NCBI GenBank assembly: GCA_963809895.1
Contig: CAWELD010000003.1
Coordinates: 800,001-864,000 of the forward strand
Origin: an uncultured Gemmatimonadales bacterium
GTDB lineage: Bacteria > Gemmatimonadota > Gemmatimonadetes > Longimicrobiales > Gaopeijiaceae
DNA length: 64,000 nt
Reading direction: 5' to 3'
Positions 32,301 to 40,632 of the stretch are shown one piece after another. Both the position numbers and the translations under genes were made by a program. Position 1 is the first letter of the stretch. The number at the start of each line of letters is the position of its first letter. The notes under the pieces were generated by a model. The model was not told the origin of the DNA. It saw nothing but the letters and a program-made list of their open reading frames with translations, and ran no database searches.

Positions 32301-32501
32301 GTTCGTGACCGTGCGGCGCTCGGTGCCGGTGGCCTCGTGCCGGACCAGAACCTCGGCACCCGCGACGGGCGTGCTGTCCTGTTGCAGAACCGTCCCGCGC
32401 AGGGCGGAGCTCGTGCGGGACTGGGCGCTGGCGAGGGCAGGGCCTCCCATCAGGAGAGCGAGCACCAGTGAGAGCCAGCCGAGGGCGCACCGCAGCCGCA
32501 T
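29310..32501 (-). CDS. Oar-like TonB-dependent receptor, paralog of 16982-20158
   Basis: Shares AQSRTSSA, GQNDRYNAIL, GFTGGVMNAVTRSGTNDWRVRASAVHR and SPDSQWQIQLGARVTF with the islet copy; GAGGA RBS. Confidence 0.92.
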   Translation of the reverse strand: MRLRCALGWLSLVLALLMGGPALASAQSRTSSALRGTVLQQDSTPVAGAEVLVRHEATGTERRTVTNAEGGFLILLLQPGGPYTVTVRSLGFSDYQEAGLELQVGETTVVDAVLRPEALELAGLDVEVERAPIFDRSVVGPTTRLTERTVEAMPLMSRDVMDLALLSPLVKPTESGGFSVAGQNDRYNAILVDGVLNKDMFGLTSGGVPGGQSGAKLIPLDAISQYEVLIAPFDVRLSGFTGGVMNAVTRSGTNDWRVRASAVHRNEALMGDLNLATGPVDASGVDRSLAALSVGGPIVRDRAHFFVAGEFEERHRVPVGYNLFRDDPALVRISPEAMTELQDAVEAQFGLDAGTAGTYSLAQHLSNVFARVDWNLAQGQRMTLRNVFVRASNDEEPNRTGFGPYELSSNALFHTSTSNTTSLQLFSDIEGVGSNELELSVVRSTDDTRAAADWPQLVVDLRSDIDGVPYQREVRLGGNLFGQQNALSQTAVRLSEALSFVNAERVLTVGATAAWYDLSHGYLPGASGEYYFPSLAHLEANTPTRFQRGVVTDGEPPDVNFDVLEWGLFAQNHLTLREGLSLMLGIRLDVPHFLATAGENVGVLDFFGYHTSNVPSGNLLISPRWGFNWQSSGEHRTQLRVGGGMFTGQLPYIWLADALHNDGVRTRTVACEGEDTPAFDPGATPGGCGGLGDVVVFRDDFKFPQDIKFSMAVDRELTDHWSASLGTLFSKAIHQVKPALASSQFGGNPTPAELRLGDQRNFYEPRKHDIPGFGSVISPFDHVLVVQNDGEDWGVSITAEVRGQIAEGLRVQAGYSLARSWDRMSLIFGDMLSNFGLNPSTVSINKPLLVTSAFDRPHKFVVALFGAPPGFEDTEISLLFTGQSGTPFTYVYDFDLNGDGFPGLGGTQDRWNDPIYVPRSGDELPATLATKILTQAALGSDACLASHRGQILERNGCRTPWENRLDLRLAQRLRLGAADLRFEADLINVLNLLHGTWGRIETAPPIIPMYEECDCGELLQWGGGILSRPNGEGGVSPPWNPRSPDSQWQIQLGARVTFQEGSR

Positions 32502-32692
32502 CGTCGCTATCCTCGTAAATCGCATGCGAGAGAGTGGACACTTCGGCCTACGCTGGCCAGCACCGAGTCTTACCCGCAAGTATCACGACGCTCGCTGGGT
32601 CGAGGCTCTGGGCCTCGTGCGGAGGCGTGTCACATCAGCCGCATCTCGCTCGTTCTCAGGTGGAGAAGCGCGCTCGCACCCCGGAGGCCTCC

Positions 32693-33355
32693 ATGACTCG
32701 CCCGACTGTCGTCCTGCTCCTCGCCGTCCTGGCCTCCGCTGCATGTGACGACCCCGCGACGCCGGGGTCCATGGCGGCCACCGGTGTGAACTTCACCTAC
32801 CTCGGGGGTCCGTCCTACGCTGCCGATGGTGTTCCGGACTTTGAAGGCGGAGACGTCGGCGCCGGGACCTTCGCCATCGCGTTTCCGGACAGTGTCGGTG
32901 GGCTCGTCCTATCGAGCTTCCAGAAGGGGGACGGCACTCGCGGTGATCTCTTCATCCTGCAGCTCACGGTCGAGCGCACCGGCGACTTCGGACCGTGCGG
33001 AGTGCGTCGTGATTCCCATGGTGAGGTTGTTGCGCTCGCTGAACGTGTCGGTGGCACCGGCTCCCGCAGCTGGATCGGCGGCGATTGCCACGGGCGCCTG
33101 CTGGAGAACATCGATGCGGAGAACCTGCAGTCGCTGGACGCCGCCTGGGAGATCGCGAGTGGCATCGTTCAGGTCACCGAGGCGGGTCCTGAGCGGGTCG
33201 TCGGGAGCTTCAAGGGGCTGACGCTCGCCGGAGACGACGGCTTCCGCACCATCGACAGCGGCACCTTCGATCTTCCGCTCCTGTCGGCGCAGCAGGGCGT
33301 GGACATCATGCAGTGCTTCCTCACCCGGCTCACCGGGGGGAGCTGCGACGGCTGA
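32693..33355 (+). CDS. Hypothetical lipoprotein
   Basis: GGAGG RBS; lipobox SAAC; C-terminal Cys pair; apparent 72-nt insert. Confidence 0.75.
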   Translation: MTRPTVVLLLAVLASAACDDPATPGSMAATGVNFTYLGGPSYAADGVPDFEGGDVGAGTFAIAFPDSVGGLVLSSFQKGDGTRGDLFILQLTVERTGDFGPCGVRRDSHGEVVALAERVGGTGSRSWIGGDCHGRLLENIDAENLQSLDAAWEIASGIVQVTEAGPERVVGSFKGLTLAGDDGFRTIDSGTFDLPLLSAQQGVDIMQCFLTRLTGGSCDG

Positions 33356-33372
33356 AGGGGGCTCCGGCCAGC

Positions 33373-36090
33373 CTATTCCGCCTCCAGCGCCTCCCTCGGC
33401 GACACGGACAGCGAGCGCCGAGCGGGACCCCAGGAGGCGACGGCGGCCGTGATGACGAGGGCCGCGAGCCCGAAGAGATAGGTCAACGGGTCCAGGGGCT
33501 GGACCCCGAAGAGGCGGGCGCGGATGAACTGGGTGAGCCAATACGCTCCCCCGGCGCCCAGGGTGGCGCCCACCAGGGCCAGCGTGATCCCACGCCCCAC
33601 GAACCGCCCCAGGATGGTCCCCGGGGCCGCGCCCAGCGCCACGCGTACCCCGATCTCGTGACGTCGCTGCTCCACGCTGTACGCCAGGACCCCGTGGAGC
33701 TCCACGCCGGCCAGCAGGAGCCCCACCAACGCCAAGCCGAGGGCCAGCCGCGCTACCACGCGCTGCTCGACGATGATGCGGTCGGCCTGGGCCCGGCCGC
33801 TGCGTAGGTCGTACACCGGCAGCTCCGGATCGACCTCCTGCATGGTGCGACGAACCTCCGCCGCGACACGACCCGACGCTCCCGGCGCCCGCACCCAGGC
33901 CGTGAGCGAGAAGTCGAACCCGCCTGCCCAGGGGAGGAAGACCCGGGGTGCATCTCGTCCCAGGGCTCCCCCGAAGTGGGGGTCCTCGATCACGCCCACC
34001 ACCGCCAGTTGGCGACCATCGGCCCTGGCGGAGGCGACCAGGAGGGTGCGGCCGATCGCCGCTTCGGACGACAGATCTCCGAAGGCCGCCGTCACCACCG
34101 AGCGAGACACCACCACGGGCGTTCGGGCCGCCGTGGTGTCCATGTCCTCGTCCAGGAAGAGGCGACCCGCGTCCAGTCGAGCCCCGAGGGCTTCCAGCAG
34201 ACCAGGGCTGACCTCGACCTGACCGGCGAGCACGAGCTCGTCTTCCGGGGCCCCCTCGGCGCGCACGGCGTAGGTATAATACGAATCCGACACCAGCTCC
34301 GGGGCGGCGAATCCCGCGGCCTGCACGCCGGCGATGGCGGTCAGCCGTTGCCGACCCAGCGTGACCAGCTCGGCGACCTCGGCGTCGTCGTAGCCCTGGA
34401 TACGCGGATCGATGGCGAAGCGCAGCGCGCCGTCGGGGTCGAAGCCCAGGTCGAATCCCCTGAGGTTGACGGCGGTGTGCACGACCAGCCCGGTCCCGAC
34501 CAACAGGAGCGTGGACAGGGCCACCTGCGCGATCACCAGCCCCGCTTGCAGGCGATACGTGCTGCGGCGCCCCCCTCTCTTGCCCGGCAGCAGCTCAGCG
34601 AGACCACTGCGGGCCGCGGAGACGGCGGGGACGATGCCGGCCGCGATCCCGGCGCCCAACGCAATGGCCAGGGCCATGCCCGCCACCTGCGAGTTCAAGC
34701 GCACACCCTCCATCGAAGCACCGAGCGACGACAGGCTGGCGTGGCTCAACGCTCGCGTCACCACCGTGGCCACGCCCACACCCGTCAACGCCCCACCCAG
34801 ACCGAGAAGAAGATGCTCGGTGAGCATGCGCCGGGCGAGCCGGACCTTGCCGGCGCCCAGGGCCGCATGCACCGCGAGGCTCTCGGTGCGCGCCACGGCG
34901 TGCGTCAGCGCCAGATGCGCGGTATTGGTCACGGCCAGCAGCAGGAGGATGAGGGCGGCGACGCCCATCAGGAAGAGCGTACGCCGTACAGAGCCCCGGA
35001 TCCGGGGCGAGAGGCCCAGTCCCGGGTAGGCGCGCACGACCCAGCGCGGGCCCCAGAAGGTGCTGGCGCGGTATTGGTCGCGCACCGACTGCATGGCCTG
35101 GTCCGCCTCGCGGGTCACCTGCTCCGGCGATGCGGCCGGGGCCAGATGGGCCACGAGGTGACGCCACACGCCCATGCTCCGCTGGTCCAGCACATCTGCA
35201 GGAAATCCGGGATCCACATCGTGGAAGGCGGTCTGCGGGAGCCAGAGATCGACGCTGCCGGGCAGCTCGGCACCCCGGAAGTCGGGGGGAGCGACGCCCG
35301 TCACCACGTACGCGTGTCCGTTCACCTGAAGGGTCGCGCCCAGCGCCTCGGACGACCCGGTCCACAGCTCCTGCCACAGTCGGTGGCTGATCACCACGGT
35401 GCCGGCGTCTCCATCCGGTCCGGCCGAGCCGTCCGACAGGAGCCGGCCGCGGGTCGCCCGCATGCCCAGGAGCTGGAAGAACCCCGGCGTCACCACCTCG
35501 GCGGACAGGCGAGTGGGGGTGCCGTCGGCGCCCCGTTGGACGTGCACGTCGTGCTCGCTGGCGGCGACGAGCCCCCGGAACGAGGGCACCCGGTCCCGGA
35601 GGTCCCTGAAATCCAGATCCGACATGGGGAAGGCGTAGCCGCCGTCTTGCGTCTCCATCTGGACGGTGGCGAGATCGGTGGCCGTGACGCCGGGCACGTC
35701 CCGCAGCAGGACCCAGTGCGCGGCGGCGTAGACGGCGGAGACTCCCCCGATGCCGAAGCCCAGGGTCGCGACGGTCGCGAGGGTGTAGGAGGGGCGGCGC
35801 AGGAGCGTGCGTGCGCCGTACCGGATGTCGCGGGCCGTCGAGGCGAGTGCCGGTCCGAACGCACCGCCTCCTCGGGCCGCCCGTTCCAGTCCGAAGCGCA
35901 GAGGAAAGAACAGGGTATGCCTCAGGTACCACGCCGATGCGCGCAGCCGGCCGTGCTTCGCCGCCCGGCGGCGGAAGAGCGCGTCCATCTCCACCTGGAG
36001 CAGCTCGCGGTCCCCCCGGGGCAGAAGTCGTCCGAAGATCCAGCGGAGAAGGGCGGGGGGCCGCCGGCGATCGGATCCATGGCGGGACAT
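33373..36090 (-). CDS. ADOP-type duplicated ABC permease
   Basis: 905 aa; DIRYGARTLLRRP, LVIAQVALS, RRHEIGVRVALGA; 1 nt after padR. Confidence 0.92.
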   Translation of the reverse strand: MSRHGSDRRRPPALLRWIFGRLLPRGDRELLQVEMDALFRRRAAKHGRLRASAWYLRHTLFFPLRFGLERAARGGGAFGPALASTARDIRYGARTLLRRPSYTLATVATLGFGIGGVSAVYAAAHWVLLRDVPGVTATDLATVQMETQDGGYAFPMSDLDFRDLRDRVPSFRGLVAASEHDVHVQRGADGTPTRLSAEVVTPGFFQLLGMRATRGRLLSDGSAGPDGDAGTVVISHRLWQELWTGSSEALGATLQVNGHAYVVTGVAPPDFRGAELPGSVDLWLPQTAFHDVDPGFPADVLDQRSMGVWRHLVAHLAPAASPEQVTREADQAMQSVRDQYRASTFWGPRWVVRAYPGLGLSPRIRGSVRRTLFLMGVAALILLLLAVTNTAHLALTHAVARTESLAVHAALGAGKVRLARRMLTEHLLLGLGGALTGVGVATVVTRALSHASLSSLGASMEGVRLNSQVAGMALAIALGAGIAAGIVPAVSAARSGLAELLPGKRGGRRSTYRLQAGLVIAQVALSTLLLVGTGLVVHTAVNLRGFDLGFDPDGALRFAIDPRIQGYDDAEVAELVTLGRQRLTAIAGVQAAGFAAPELVSDSYYTYAVRAEGAPEDELVLAGQVEVSPGLLEALGARLDAGRLFLDEDMDTTAARTPVVVSRSVVTAAFGDLSSEAAIGRTLLVASARADGRQLAVVGVIEDPHFGGALGRDAPRVFLPWAGGFDFSLTAWVRAPGASGRVAAEVRRTMQEVDPELPVYDLRSGRAQADRIIVEQRVVARLALGLALVGLLLAGVELHGVLAYSVEQRRHEIGVRVALGAAPGTILGRFVGRGITLALVGATLGAGGAYWLTQFIRARLFGVQPLDPLTYLFGLAALVITAAVASWGPARRSLSVSPREALEAE

Positions 36091-36091
36091 C

Positions 36092-36424
36092 TCAGCCCTC
36101 CGCCAGGATGGACTCGTAGCCCTCCCACAGCCGGGTCAGGCGGCTCCGCGATTCCCGCAGCGCCCGCAACCCGCCGGCCGTGATGACGAAGAAGCGTCGC
36201 TCACGCAGCTCGCCCTGGTCGTCGCCGCGGCGCAGCTCGGAGCGCACCAGGCTCTTGGACTCCAGCCGTCGGAGCGCCACGTACACCGCCGCCGGCGCCA
36301 CCTCCCGCCCCGCACGCTCTTCGAGCTCAACCACGATGGACGACGTGAACGCGGCGTCTCCCAGCCTCAAGGTGGCCAGGAGCACATGGTGCTCGAACTC
36401 GCCCTGGATCTCCGTCCCGCTCAT
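36092..36424 (-). CDS. PadR-family transcriptional regulator (ADOP-associated)
   Basis: GEFEHHVLLA, AVYVALRRLESK, RRFFVITAGG winged-helix pattern. Confidence 0.92.
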   Translation of the reverse strand: MSGTEIQGEFEHHVLLATLRLGDAAFTSSIVVELEERAGREVAPAAVYVALRRLESKSLVRSELRRGDDQGELRERRFFVITAGGLRALRESRSRLTRLWEGYESILAEG

Positions 36425-36437
36425 CCCACCCCTCCCT

Positions 36438-36473
36438 CTGACGATGTCAGTGCAGTTGCCTTAACAATGTCAG
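36438..36473. promoter_or_regulatory. Tandem palindromic operators, probable PadR autoregulation
   Basis: Perfect CTGAC-GAT-GTCAG (36438-36450) and imperfect TTAAC-AAT-GTCAG (36461-36473) just upstream of the padR RBS. Confidence 0.55.
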
Positions 36474-36555
36474 GGGAAGGCGGGATGTCAAGGGCGGGTG
36501 ACCGGATGGCGACCGGCTCGAAGGCGTCCGGCACCGTGGCGGAGCGGCGCGCCGT

Positions 36556-36733
36556 TGCCGTGAACCCCGCATTCGAGAGCGCGATGGAGGCGCGCGCTGG
36601 ATCGACAGGAATTGTCGCCGCGCCGGCTGCGGGCGAGAAGGCGGGCGCCGGCGCGCGCAGGTTTCACGGCGATATTCGCCTCCAACCCGACAACGATGGC
36701 GCAGCAGCCCGCGCTTGCAGGGTTTGCGGCACC
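36556..36733. repeat. Intergenic 61-nt-period element, copy D
   Basis: GCCGTGAACCCCGCA left arm (GTG at 36560); core motifs at 36595, 36656 and 36716. Confidence 0.6.
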
Positions 36734-36938
36734 GCGCGCGCCCCCCCGAAGGCGCTTGCGGGATCGATCGCACGGTGGCCGACCTGGCCAGCGTCCTGGG
36801 CGTGCCGGCGGATCCGCGACCGCTGGACGCGGCCGTGCCCTGAGCCCCGGCGCCACCCGCCGAAACCGGGCCGGGGTCCCACTCGTCGGGTGAGGGAAAT
36901 CCCCTGTAACCCGACCCCCGCATCCCGGGACCCGCTCC

Positions 36939-39413
36939 ATGGAAGGCGTCCTCGCGGACATCCGCTTCGCCCTGAAGCTCCTGCGCAAGGAGAAGTCCTT
37001 CAGCGCGACGGTGCTCACCACCCTGGCGCTCTGCATCGGCGCCAACGTGGCCATCTTCAGCGTGATCCACACGGTCCTGCTGGAACCGCTGCCGTACCGG
37101 GATCCGGGCACCCTGGTGAACATGTACAACAGCTATCCGGGTGCGGGCGTGGAGCGGGCGTCCAGCAGCACCGTGGACTTCTTCATGCGCCGGGAGCGGG
37201 TGCAGGCCCTCCAGGACGTGGCCCTGATGCAGGGCTCAGGCCACACGGTGGGTGAGGCGGGGTCCACGGAGCGCGTCACGACCATGAGGGTCACGCCCTC
37301 GCTCTTTCCGCTCCTGGGGGTGACGGCGGCGCAGGGTCGCACCTTCACCGAGGAGGAGATGGAGGACGGCCACGGCCAGGTCGTGCTGCTCACCGACGGC
37401 TACTGGCGCGAGGCGCTGGGTGGGGCGCCCGACGTGGTGGGCACGGATCTCCGGGTGAACGGAGAGCCCTACCAGATCGTGGGGATCCTTCCTCCCGACT
37501 TCGAGATGGTGACGCGCCCCGACACTCGCTTCTTCCTGCCCGTCACCTTCACGCAGGACGACCGATCCCTCGAGAACTGGCACAGCAACAACTTCCAGAT
37601 GATCGGGCGCCTGCGTGCGGGAGCCACCATCGAACAGGTCCAGGCGCAGGTGGACGCGATGAACGAGTCGCTCATCGACGAGTGGCCCCTGCCCAACGCC
37701 CGCCAACTCCTCACCGACGCGGGCTTCCACACCGTGGTCGTGAACGCGCAGGACGACATCGTGGGCGATGCGCGGGCCACGCTCTACATGCTGTGGGCCG
37801 GCGTGGCCTTTGTCCTCCTCATCGGGTGCGTGAACATCGCCAACCTGATGATGGCCCGCTCCCAGGTCCGTCTCGGCGAGCTCGCCACCAAGCTGGCGCT
37901 GGGAGCCCGGCGGGCGCGGGTGGCCCGTCAGGTCCTCAGCGAGGCGGCCCTGATGTCCGTGCTGGGCGGCGTTCTGGGAGTGGGCGTCGGCGCGCTGGGC
38001 CTGCGCCTGCTGCTCACGATCGGCGCTTCCGACCTCCCACGCGGGAGGGACATCGGCATGGACGGGATCGTGCTGGCCTTCACGGCCGGGCTGGCCCTCG
38101 TGGCCGGGATTCTGTTCGCGGCCATCCCGGTGGCCCACGTCATGCGGAGCGATCTGAGCACCGTGTTCCGCATGGAGGGCCGCACGGGCACGGCCAGTCG
38201 GCGCGCGGTCCTGGTGCGGAACACCCTGGTCACCAGTCAGGTGGCGCTGGCGTTCGTGCTCCTCATCGGCGCCGGCCTCATGCTGCTGAGCTTCCGGGCG
38301 GCGCTCGGCGTCGACCCGGGATTCCAGCCGCGGAACGTGTGGTCCGCCTTCGTGTCCCTGCCGGGTGCGCGCTATCCGGATCCCGCGGCGCGCAGGACGT
38401 TGTGGGACGGGTTGCTGGCCGAGGTGCGGGCCCTGCCCGGCGTCCAGGCGGCGAGCCTCACCAGCCAGCTCCCCTTCACGGACAACAACTCCAGCAGCGT
38501 CATCCTGCCCGAGGGCTACGAGCTGGCTCCGGGCGAGTCCCTGCTGTCGCCCTTCCAGAGCTGGGTGGGCCCCGGCTACTTCGAGGCCATGGGGATTCCC
38601 GTGCTGGAGGGACGCGAGTTCGAGGAGGCCGACGGCCCCGAGGCGGTGCGCGCCATCGTCATCGACCGCTGGCTCGCCCAGCGGTACTGGCCCGATTCCA
38701 GCCCGCTGGGCAAGCGCATGGTGTGGGGCGTGGCGCCGGGGACGGACAGCGTGCCCGATGAAAATGCCTACACCGTGGTGGGCGTGGTCGGCGACATCAA
38801 GCAGAACGATCTCACCGCCGCCGCCGCCCGGCACGTGGGCGCGTACTACTTCACCTATCGACAGCAGCCCATCAGCAACGTGTCGTTGGTCGTGCGCACC
38901 GCAACCGAGCCCGAGAACGTGACGGGGACGGTCCGGAGCACCCTGAACCGGCTCGATCCCGAGCTCCCCCTCTTCGGCGTCGAGAGCCTGCAGGACCGGA
39001 TCGACGAGTCCCTCACCACCCGCCGGGCCCCCATGATGCTCCTGCTGGTCTTCTCCGGCGTGGCGCTCTTCCTGGCCATGGTGGGCATCTACGGCGCGCT
39101 GGCGTATTCGGTCACCCAGCGCACCCGCGAGATGGGAATTCGCATGGCCATGGGCAGCGCCCCGGAGTCCATCTTCCGCATGGTGCTGGCCCAGGGAGCC
39201 CGCGTCACGCTCGCGGGGCTGGCCGTGGGACTGGTGCTGGCCGTGGTCCTGGGGCGCCTCCTCCAGTCCCTCCTGTTCGGCGTGCAGGCCGCCGATCCCC
39301 TGGTGCTGGCGTTGGTGGCCGTGCTCCTGGGTCTCGTGGCCATGCTGGCGTGCCTGGTGCCGGCCCGGCGGGCTACACGGGTCGACCCGGTGGCGGCGCT
39401 CACCTACCAGTAG
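36939..39413 (+). CDS. ADOP-type duplicated ABC permease
   Basis: DIRFALKLL, LCIGANVAIFSVI, LLIGCVNIANL, QRTREMGIRMAMG, RRATRVDPVAAL. Confidence 0.95.
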   Translation: MEGVLADIRFALKLLRKEKSFSATVLTTLALCIGANVAIFSVIHTVLLEPLPYRDPGTLVNMYNSYPGAGVERASSSTVDFFMRRERVQALQDVALMQGSGHTVGEAGSTERVTTMRVTPSLFPLLGVTAAQGRTFTEEEMEDGHGQVVLLTDGYWREALGGAPDVVGTDLRVNGEPYQIVGILPPDFEMVTRPDTRFFLPVTFTQDDRSLENWHSNNFQMIGRLRAGATIEQVQAQVDAMNESLIDEWPLPNARQLLTDAGFHTVVVNAQDDIVGDARATLYMLWAGVAFVLLIGCVNIANLMMARSQVRLGELATKLALGARRARVARQVLSEAALMSVLGGVLGVGVGALGLRLLLTIGASDLPRGRDIGMDGIVLAFTAGLALVAGILFAAIPVAHVMRSDLSTVFRMEGRTGTASRRAVLVRNTLVTSQVALAFVLLIGAGLMLLSFRAALGVDPGFQPRNVWSAFVSLPGARYPDPAARRTLWDGLLAEVRALPGVQAASLTSQLPFTDNNSSSVILPEGYELAPGESLLSPFQSWVGPGYFEAMGIPVLEGREFEEADGPEAVRAIVIDRWLAQRYWPDSSPLGKRMVWGVAPGTDSVPDENAYTVVGVVGDIKQNDLTAAAARHVGAYYFTYRQQPISNVSLVVRTATEPENVTGTVRSTLNRLDPELPLFGVESLQDRIDESLTTRRAPMMLLLVFSGVALFLAMVGIYGALAYSVTQRTREMGIRMAMGSAPESIFRMVLAQGARVTLAGLAVGLVLAVVLGRLLQSLLFGVQAADPLVLALVAVLLGLVAMLACLVPARRATRVDPVAALTYQ

Positions 39414-39437
39414 GCGGGTGGGCGCCGCCACCTCGAG

Positions 39438-40106
39438 TCACTCGGTGGCTTCCTCGGCCTTCACCGTGAGGAGGAGCGTGGAGGTGGCGCCCGGTCGCGG
39501 CGAGCTGCCCAGGATCAGGGTCTGACCGGGGCGCACGTTCACGGTGGTTCGCAGGACATCCCCCCGTCCCGAAAGGAAGAGGGAGACGTTCTCGAGACGC
39601 AGTCGATCGGAGCCGACCCTGTAGACGTTGGCCGAAATCGTCGCGTCGCCGTTTGCACCCTGCACGGTCTGGGTAATCTCGCTGCGGTCCGCCGCGCTCA
39701 CCACCGCCTCGCCCACCAGCCTGTAGCCACCGAACTGGAACACCGAGCGGAGCTGCTCCTCCACCCCGGCGATGCGGGGGTCGTGCTCGGTGAAGCCGTC
39801 GGCCTCGATGAGCTGGAAGCGCAGGCGCAGGTCCGGGACGGGCTTGTCGAACTGCTCCAGCACCCGGGCAATCCGGTCCAGGTTGTCCGGCGTCTCGCGG
39901 ATGGTGATGGCATCGTCGGTGAAGCTCACGGAGCCTCGGGCGTCGGGGCGGTCACCGTAGATGTAGGGGTCCACGAGGCGGGCAGCCTCCGCGCCGGGCA
40001 GGTGCGCCAGCGCGAAGGTGCGGGTGTCGAGCCTGGTGTCGCGGCAGCCTCCGAGGGCCACGAGCGTCGCAGCGGCGACGAAGAGCATCATTCGTGGGGA
40101 TTTCAT
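39438..40106 (-). CDS. Lipoprotein with a secretin N-domain-like segment
   Basis: Lipobox LGGC; TRTFALAHL...AITIRETPDNLDRIARVLEQFDKP resembles a secretin N3/NolW-like domain; third gene of an ECF triad. Confidence 0.65.
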   Translation of the reverse strand: MKSPRMMLFVAAATLVALGGCRDTRLDTRTFALAHLPGAEAARLVDPYIYGDRPDARGSVSFTDDAITIRETPDNLDRIARVLEQFDKPVPDLRLRFQLIEADGFTEHDPRIAGVEEQLRSVFQFGGYRLVGEAVVSAADRSEITQTVQGANGDATISANVYRVGSDRLRLENVSLFLSGRGDVLRTTVNVRPGQTLILGSSPRPGATSTLLLTVKAEEATE

Positions 40107-40131
40107 GGCGCGGTCTCTCTCCCTCATGGGG

Positions 40132-40632
40132 TCAGAAGAACCAGAGAATCGTGATGTCGGGATCGGCAGTGGGGAGCACGGCGACCTCGTTGCCGGGCGT
40201 GCTCTCCACAAGGGGCAGATCGGCCTCCAGGCCCGGCGCCGGGCCCAGGTCCGGCACCGGGCCGGCGGATGGCGCGGTGGGGCGGGGGACCGGCCGGAAG
40301 AGCACGGCCGCCAGGACGGCCGCCGCGGCGAGTCCCAGCCAGGGCAGGTGGCGGCGGGTCGAGCGTTTACCCGGCGCGCGCGCTTCGGGCGCTCGCATGC
40401 CGGCGCCGGACGCCCGCTGCGCCTGGGCCAGAATCGCCTCCACGTCGGGCACACCCGCCGGCGTGTCGAGGCGGTGGGCCAGTATCTCGGTCAGCGCGAC
40501 GAACCGCTGGGCCCGCTCGCGACAGCTCGCGCAGGCGGCGAGGTGCCGGGCCAGGGGCGTGTCGCCGTCGCCGCGAAGCTCCGCGGGCGACGCCGTCAAG
40601 AGCAGGTCCTGAAAGGAATTGCATTCGGTCAT
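40132..40632 (-). CDS. Zinc-binding anti-sigma factor (HxxxCxxC) with TM helix
   Basis: RHLAACASC, WLGLAAAAVLAAVLF; overlaps the ECF sigma stop. Confidence 0.85.
   Translation of the reverse strand: MTECNSFQDLLLTASPAELRGDGDTPLARHLAACASCRERAQRFVALTEILAHRLDTPAGVPDVEAILAQAQRASGAGMRAPEARAPGKRSTRRHLPWLGLAAAAVLAAVLFRPVPRPTAPSAGPVPDLGPAPGLEADLPLVESTPGNEVAVLPTADPDITILWFF

Noticed and set aside
16121..36733. CRISPR interpretation of the 61-nt-period elements (61 nt is the type I-E period)
   Set aside because: Repeats are far too degenerate, there are only three units per locus, and no cas genes or leader are present; kept as an unclassified repeat family.
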